Virus record (IMG/VR): IMGVR_UViG_3300031857_000014
From: a virus
Lineage: Duplodnaviria; Caudoviricetes
Length of the DNA stretch: 64,000 bases
Strand: one strand, 5' to 3'
Both the position numbers and the translations under genes were made by a program. Under the pieces are notes generated by a model, which did no database searches, was not told the DNA's origin, and saw only the letters and a list, made by a program, of their open reading frames with translations. Below are positions 58,406 through 64,000 of the stretch, in pieces. Each line of letters begins with the position of its first letter. Positions within the stretch are counted from its first letter, which is position 1.

Positions 58406-59089
58406 TTAAAAATGTTTTATTATTTTTTTATCGTAGTGTGATAACCAAAATTCTTCACCCATTGACACAACACCACCAATATCGGTTTGAAGTCCCCCTT
58501 TTTGTATTACAGATATGGGGTATGAAACATATTTATTTTTAAAAACATCATTAAAAAATATATCTAAAAAATCCCAAGGTCTATCGAAACCATTTTCAAT
58601 TACTTTGTCAAAATGTTTAGAATTTAAAATATACGCATGTGTACAAATACAAACTTGACATTTTATTAGATGTTCGGAATGTAAATTTAACTCTGAATCG
58701 GCAATATTGGCACCTAAATAAAAAATATCCCAATCATTTATTTTACTTAATTCATCTAGCGCCAATTCAACAGTTGTTAAACCATTATAATTATCTTTTT
58801 CATAAAAAAGAGCGTCATCCTCAAAAACTAAAACATTTTTATACCCTCTATTTTTTGCAATTCTAATCACTTCTTTATGTGACCTTGATCCTGCAGAACC
58901 TAATAAAAACATTTTTTCACTATCATCCGCCCTAAAATCGACAGTATCATAAGGTGATATTCCTGAAAATCTCTCAACAAAATTTTCTAAACCCAATTTT
59001 TTAAATTGTTCAATCATAAATTGGTTTTTATCTGTGCGATGATCTACATTTATATAAAACGCACCATCAACAAATTCTTGTATCTTCAT
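58406..59089 (-). CDS. Glycosyltransferase family 25-like
   Basis: FYINVDHRTDK, SHKEVI..NVLVFEDDA, WDIFYLG, THAYILN. Confidence 0.85.
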   Translation of the reverse strand: MKIQEFVDGAFYINVDHRTDKNQFMIEQFKKLGLENFVERFSGISPYDTVDFRADDSEKMFLLGSAGSRSHKEVIRIAKNRGYKNVLVFEDDALFYEKDNYNGLTTVELALDELSKINDWDIFYLGANIADSELNLHSEHLIKCQVCICTHAYILNSKHFDKVIENGFDRPWDFLDIFFNDVFKNKYVSYPISVIQKGGLQTDIGGVVSMGEEFWLSHYDKKIIKHF

Positions 59090-59091
59090 TT

Positions 59092-60177
59092 TTAAAATGA
59101 TTTTAAATAATTGTCCCATAAAGGACCTATTTTATTTATTGAAAAATTTTCTTTAATGTATTCAACACCCCTTTCTCTTTTTTCTTTTTTATAATTTGGA
59201 TTTGAATCTAAAAATTTTAATTTTTCAATTATGTTTTTTGTATAATCTAATTTTGGTTCTTCAGAAACTCTATCGTTTTCTAAACTATCGATATTTGATT
59301 CCGGCGGATATTCTAAAAATTCACAAAAATCACCAAAATATTCAGGTAATGCACCTAAAGGATATGTAACAACTGTAACACCAAGAGCAATCGCCTCTGC
59401 AACAGACAATGAAAATGTATCTTTATAAACTAGTTTACCATGAGTTAATTGTGGGAACACAAAATATTCACTATTACTAATTTTACTAAATAACGTTTTT
59501 TTATCAATACCTGTCGCTTTATGTACGTAATCAAACGATTCAAATTCTAAATCAGACCATCCGATTTCATTACATGCTTTCTTTGCGACTTCACCACCTC
59601 TAGACCATTGAGCATGAAAAATAAATTTCCTGTTTTTCTTTTCAATTTTTTCATTTAACACCTCATTAATGATGTCCATTGCAACAGGATTAGGTATTAT
59701 AACCTCTATTATTTTATTATCAACTTTTAATATGTCATTAAATTCTTGATTATATTTTTTTGCCCACTTTGATACTGATACTGCACCAACTTTTAAATTA
59801 TTTTTTATTGCATAGTTTCTTAATTCAACTAAACTATAACCCCAAGCCAAATGATACCAATAAACAACACCTAAATTTACTGTTATCGGTAAGTTATCAT
59901 AATGTTCAAACCAAAGACAAGAAATTAATACGTCAAATTCTTTATTGTCAACATAATCAAAGTTATAATTAGTATATGTGACGTTTCTATCAACTATAGT
60001 ATGTTCACAACCTTCATTACTAATTACTACATCATAACCACATTCGGCCAAATATTCTGCAACATAGATCACACTACTTTCTGTTCCTGAAGATGCGGTA
60101 TTTCCATATCTAATGTTGTGTCCTGACAATTGACCACTTCTGTTAACATTTCCCGGTAATAAAAAAGCTATTCTCAT
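59092..60177 (-). CDS. Glycosyltransferase, GT-B (GT4-like)
   Basis: SGTESSVIYVAEYLA, VIIPNPV, KDTFSLSVAEAIALGVTVVTYPLGALPE. Confidence 0.83.
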   Translation of the reverse strand: MRIAFLLPGNVNRSGQLSGHNIRYGNTASSGTESSVIYVAEYLAECGYDVVISNEGCEHTIVDRNVTYTNYNFDYVDNKEFDVLISCLWFEHYDNLPITVNLGVVYWYHLAWGYSLVELRNYAIKNNLKVGAVSVSKWAKKYNQEFNDILKVDNKIIEVIIPNPVAMDIINEVLNEKIEKKNRKFIFHAQWSRGGEVAKKACNEIGWSDLEFESFDYVHKATGIDKKTLFSKISNSEYFVFPQLTHGKLVYKDTFSLSVAEAIALGVTVVTYPLGALPEYFGDFCEFLEYPPESNIDSLENDRVSEEPKLDYTKNIIEKLKFLDSNPNYKKEKRERGVEYIKENFSINKIGPLWDNYLKSF

Positions 60178-61424
60178 ATTGTTTTTTCATATCTGTCACT
60201 CCATTGTTTTTCTTCATCAAACAAGTACATGACAATTTTATTTGGTTTATCCGCAGTTTCTAAATTGAAAGAATATTTGTTATTTTCTAAATTAACATAC
60301 TGCGGTTCGTTTTCTATTGTAAAATCTTTTCTTAATAATTCTAATCCTGATTTAGTTTGAACACCAAGAGTAATAAATTTAGGTTTTTTAAAATCAAACT
60401 TTTTAAAAAACTCAATATCCCAATCTACAGATAAATCGTATTTGTTTTTAATGAACAATTCTTCCCAATTACTTGGATTTGGTGGTTCATTAACTCTTAA
60501 TGTGTATTCTTGAATTAGACATTTTTTAAAATCAAATCCACCAAAAACTTCATAATCGTGTAAAGACCTTTCAGTACCTAACCCATAGGTACCCATGTCA
60601 ATTCCGTGATTTTCAGTGCCAAATAATTGTCTTGTTTTGTTTCTTGCAAAAATATCCCTTTCTCCGCTAGTCTTTTTTGTTTCACTGTTGACACCATGAT
60701 CATCCCAATGCTTCACTCTATAATTTCTTGTATATTCGTGCCATAATAATGTTCTATAAGGACTATAAAAATCATATCCGTTAGTAAACGCCCTTAAACT
60801 TAAACTTGTTTCCTCGGTATATCCACCGAAATAAATGTCAGGGTCATAAGGAACCTCCTCAATAAACTTTCCATAGGTGAAATAAAAGTGTCCACTTATT
60901 GTCCTGGCTCTTATAACTTTATCTCTTTTTTTATAATCTTGAATATACCACGGCATACTCATCAATAATCTATCTCCACTAAATTCATATTGTGACATTA
61001 AACATGGTATAGGGTTCCATGTACTTTCATCAGATTTAGGGTCAAAAGGACCACAATATGTTGTTATTACCGGTTTATCTGACATAGTTAATGCCTGATA
61101 GAAATCCTCTAACAACATCTCATCCCAATTTTGTACGAATCTGTGGTGTGAATCAATTTGAAGTGTAAATTCTTCTCCACGATAGAGTGTGTTTGTGATG
61201 TGTCTCGCCCAACCTAACCCTTCACTTTCACTGTAGTGATGTTTACTCACTCTAAATTGAGGGTTGTCATCATATTTGTCTACAGGTTCCGAACTATCAT
61301 ATTGCCAGCACAACCCAAAAACTAAATTTTCAGGGTTTTTGGCCCTTTTTATCATGTCTTCAATAGTCGGGACTAATTCCGGATCCCTATAAGACGCAAT
61401 CTGAACAAAAATTTTTCCTTTCAT
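60174..61424 (-). CDS. GlcNAc-transferase family (GT60 / Skp1-hydroxyproline GlcNAcT-like)
   Basis: IFVQIASYRDPEL, GLGWARH, FTLQIDSHHRFVQNWD, VPYDP.IYFGG..EE..SLRAFTNGYD. Confidence 0.83.
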   Translation of the reverse strand: MKGKIFVQIASYRDPELVPTIEDMIKRAKNPENLVFGLCWQYDSSEPVDKYDDNPQFRVSKHHYSESEGLGWARHITNTLYRGEEFTLQIDSHHRFVQNWDEMLLEDFYQALTMSDKPVITTYCGPFDPKSDESTWNPIPCLMSQYEFSGDRLLMSMPWYIQDYKKRDKVIRARTISGHFYFTYGKFIEEVPYDPDIYFGGYTEETSLSLRAFTNGYDFYSPYRTLLWHEYTRNYRVKHWDDHGVNSETKKTSGERDIFARNKTRQLFGTENHGIDMGTYGLGTERSLHDYEVFGGFDFKKCLIQEYTLRVNEPPNPSNWEELFIKNKYDLSVDWDIEFFKKFDFKKPKFITLGVQTKSGLELLRKDFTIENEPQYVNLENNKYSFNLETADKPNKIVMYLFDEEKQWSDRYEKTI

Positions 61425-61520
61425 GATTTTTTTATAAAAATGTAAGAAAAAAAAACGATAATTCAAACTACAATTTTTTTTATCGGTTATTTTTTTTATA
61501 CTTTATTCAAAATCACTAAA

Positions 61521-61886
61521 ATGGGAAAAATATACCAACCAATAGTTGTAGAAAAAGTAAATTTATTTATCGAATCACTTGAAGAATCAAATTTCTTTAT
61601 TGATTACGAATTAGAATCAAAAGATTTTGCAAAAGAATATCTTTGTGATAGAATTACTGAAAAATTCATAAAAGGAGAAATTGAGCAAGATTCAAATGAA
61701 ATGTTTACCGAAGAAGAAATTGAAACTTATTTAAAAGAAATAATTGCAGGTACACTTTTAAATGAATTAAAAAATAAAGGTCTTGTAAATTCCTATGATG
61801 ATGACAATACCGATGAAACTTTCTTTTTAACTGATGAAGGTAAAGAATATCTGAAGAAAATGATTGAAGAAGATAAAGAAGACTAA
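61521..61886 (+). CDS. Acidic hypothetical protein (possible winged helix)
   Basis: LKNKGLVNSY..FFLTDEGKEYL. Confidence 0.55.
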   Translation: MGKIYQPIVVEKVNLFIESLEESNFFIDYELESKDFAKEYLCDRITEKFIKGEIEQDSNEMFTEEEIETYLKEIIAGTLLNELKNKGLVNSYDDDNTDETFFLTDEGKEYLKKMIEEDKED

Positions 61887-62641
61887 TCTAAACCAAAGGT
61901 ATCATTAAATTTACCAGCAGATTTTTTATAACTTGATTGTGTTTCGTCCTTTACATTGGTACTATACTGCCAATTCCAACACAAAACGTCTTTCACATCA
62001 AACCCAAAGAATTTTAAAACTTCTTTTTGTAGTTCAATTACATTTGAACCGTTAAAATTCTGACCAGTGGCAATTATACCGCAAGAAATATCTTTAATTA
62101 TATTTGATTCACCTAAAGTACTATGTCTATTCTCTAACCAAGTCAATCTTTCAATCAAATGTTGATAAAACCCATTCATTTGACCCCATCTTACAGACCC
62201 AAAGAACACAACTGCATCAGATTCAAATAGTTCTTTACTTATTTTCCATAATTCGTCATCAGGGTTATTGATGTTTCTCCAACATCTATGATGTCCGGTA
62301 GGGTTCTTTTCTTTGTCTTTTAATTCTGATTTTTTTACACCACAACTATTACCGTCTACATGTGAAACATTACCCTCACATGGATATATTTTTAATTTAG
62401 GTACTTCAATTACTTTACATTTTTTGTTCCCAAGATAGTTTGCAATTGATTTCGCTAATATTGTTGATTTAGGTTCCTCGTTTAATTCCTTAATTGCCCA
62501 CTCACCTCTGTTTGATGTAGTCAAAAATAATATTCTTTCTTTTTTTTCTAAAAACTTAACTGTCTCAACTAACATCTTGTAATGTTCGTTGTTTTTTTTC
62601 AAGTCTAAGTTTAATTCTTCTATTATATGAGTTAGTTCCAT
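61883..62641 (-). CDS. Flavodoxin-like / NADPH-dependent FMN reductase family protein
   Basis: ILFLTTSNR, KIYPCEGN, SDAVVFFGSVRWG, GFFGF. Confidence 0.78.
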   Translation of the reverse strand: MELTHIIEELNLDLKKNNEHYKMLVETVKFLEKKERILFLTTSNRGEWAIKELNEEPKSTILAKSIANYLGNKKCKVIEVPKLKIYPCEGNVSHVDGNSCGVKKSELKDKEKNPTGHHRCWRNINNPDDELWKISKELFESDAVVFFGSVRWGQMNGFYQHLIERLTWLENRHSTLGESNIIKDISCGIIATGQNFNGSNVIELQKEVLKFFGFDVKDVLCWNWQYSTNVKDETQSSYKKSAGKFNDTFGLD

Positions 62642-62970
62642 TATTTTTTGTTTTCTTCTTCTTGTGACGGACGAAGTGATTTTTTATAATCTCTTATTTT
62701 TGATTTTAACTGATTAATGACTTTATAAGAATTTGATAAATTATTGGATATTGCAGAAATTCTACCATTTGATATGGTTTTTAAACCTTCCGGTATAGAA
62801 TCTTCTAATTTCCTCAATTCTTTAATCGTTTCATTTAAAGAATTTTGTAATTCTTCAATTTTAAACTGAACTCGACTAAAATCCTGTCTATTAACTTTAG
62901 ACACTTCCTCTTTTAAGACACTTTTAAGTACCCCTTTTATCAAATCTTCATTGATTTTGTTGTTTTCCAT
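62641..62970 (-). CDS. Coiled-coil hypothetical protein
   Basis: MENNKINE start with late motif at 62976-62983. Confidence 0.55.
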   Translation of the reverse strand: MENNKINEDLIKGVLKSVLKEEVSKVNRQDFSRVQFKIEELQNSLNETIKELRKLEDSIPEGLKTISNGRISAISNNLSNSYKVINQLKSKIRDYKKSLRPSQEEENKK

Positions 62971-63042
62971 ATTAATATAAATATATTTAGTTACGCGTTT
63001 GTTTTTATCGGTTTTTTTATTTAGATTTTTAAAAAAATAAGT

Positions 63043-64000
63043 ATGATTTACAAACCGAAACAATTATTCGATTTCGATGACATTCTAATCCAACCTGAAA
63101 AATTTACTGACATTTCCAGTAGGAAGGAAATAAATCCTTATTATGAGGGTAGAAAACTACCTTTAATGACCGCGCCAATGGATACCGTAGTAAATGAAAA
63201 GAACTTTGCTTATTTCCAAAATAAAGGTATTACACCTATTTTACCAAGAACTAAAAATCCAGATTCTGATTATGTAGATGTTTCTTTGTTTCTGTCATAT
63301 AGTCTTGTTGATTTTAAAAGAATTTTCTTAGATAAAAAACAACCAATTATTGATGACCACAAATACTATGCGTTAATTGACATCGCAAACGGTCATATGA
63401 GAGAAATGTATGAAGTTACAGAAACTGCGAAAAAACTTTACGGTGATAGACTGGTTCTTATGGTAGGAAATGTTGCAAATCCATCAACTTTTCATATGTT
63501 ATGTAAAACAAATGTCGATTTTGTTAGAATTGGTATTGGTAACGGTAATGGTTGTTTAACCACTCAAAATACCGGTATTGGATATCCCATGGGTTCATTG
63601 ATATCCGAATGTTGCATGTTACAAGAAGGAAACACAAAAATTGTCGCTGATGGTGGATTTAAAAAATACTCTGATATAATTAAAGCGTTGGCTTTAGGAG
63701 CGGATTATGTTATGTTAGGTTCTGTGTTCAATAAATGTCTTGAAAGTGCTGGTGAAACTAGTGAAAAAACATATTTAGGGAATCATCAAGTCGTAAATCA
63801 ATATAGTGATGATACCTTGGATTTATTTCAGAGTGGTATTCCTTTATATAAAACCTTTAGAGGTATGAGTACTAAGGAAGTACAAAAAGATTGGGGTAAA
63901 GAAACCCTAACTACTTCTGAAGGTGTGGTGAGGACTCACCAAGTAGAATACACATTGGATGGTTGGGTTGAAAATTTTACAGACTATCTCAAATCTGCGA
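63043..64000 (+). CDS. GMP reductase / IMPDH-family protein, 3'-truncated by the window (absent from the ORF track)
   Basis: FDFDDILIQP, PLMTAPMDTV, IDIANGH, VGNVA, RIGIGNGNGCLT, IVADGG..DIIKALALGADYVMLGS, FRGMS, SEG; SEG favours GuaC over GuaB. Confidence 0.88.
   Translation, partial: MIYKPKQLFDFDDILIQPEKFTDISSRKEINPYYEGRKLPLMTAPMDTVVNEKNFAYFQNKGITPILPRTKNPDSDYVDVSLFLSYSLVDFKRIFLDKKQPIIDDHKYYALIDIANGHMREMYEVTETAKKLYGDRLVLMVGNVANPSTFHMLCKTNVDFVRIGIGNGNGCLTTQNTGIGYPMGSLISECCMLQEGNTKIVADGGFKKYSDIIKALALGADYVMLGSVFNKCLESAGETSEKTYLGNHQVVNQYSDDTLDLFQSGIPLYKTFRGMSTKEVQKDWGKETLTTSEGVVRTHQVEYTLDGWVENFTDYLKSA

Overview
An AT-rich 64 kb segment of a large T4-like (jumbo-type) dsDNA bacteriophage genome, read in the standard genetic code. 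The host is most likely Bacteroidota, based on TAnnTTTG/TTTG promoters, A-rich start regions without Shine-Dalgarno, T9SS sorting domains and a tmRNA tag starting with Gly. From left to right: (1) 1-16.9 kb head and packaging module (major capsid, scaffold, prohead protease, portal, large terminase) with an oppositely oriented ribosomal protein bS21 gene inside it; (2) 17-24 kb Hsp20, an N-terminally truncated ClpC-like ATPase, a kinase plus cyclic-phosphate REC pair and a glycosyltransferase; (3) 24-34 kb three tandem Gly-rich adhesin paralogs and a 2031-aa fibre; (4) 35.8-40.3 kb RNA island with five tRNAs (tRNA-Leu(UAA) split by a group I intron carrying an HNH gene), a 120-nt tRNA-like RNA, several small structured spacers and a roughly 0.9-kb ORF-free structured RNA; (5) 40.4-47.7 kb host-envelope cassette (OM beta-barrel, PKD proteins, T9SS type A and type B cargo, L,D-transpeptidase family protein); (6) tmRNA; (7) 49-54 kb putative head-packaged membrane-active proteins; (8) 56.5-61.4 kb glycosylation island; (9) a GMP reductase/IMPDH-family gene running off the right end. 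All family calls come from reading motifs by eye, and all RNA structures are hand-derived base-pairings. No database search or folding program was run.
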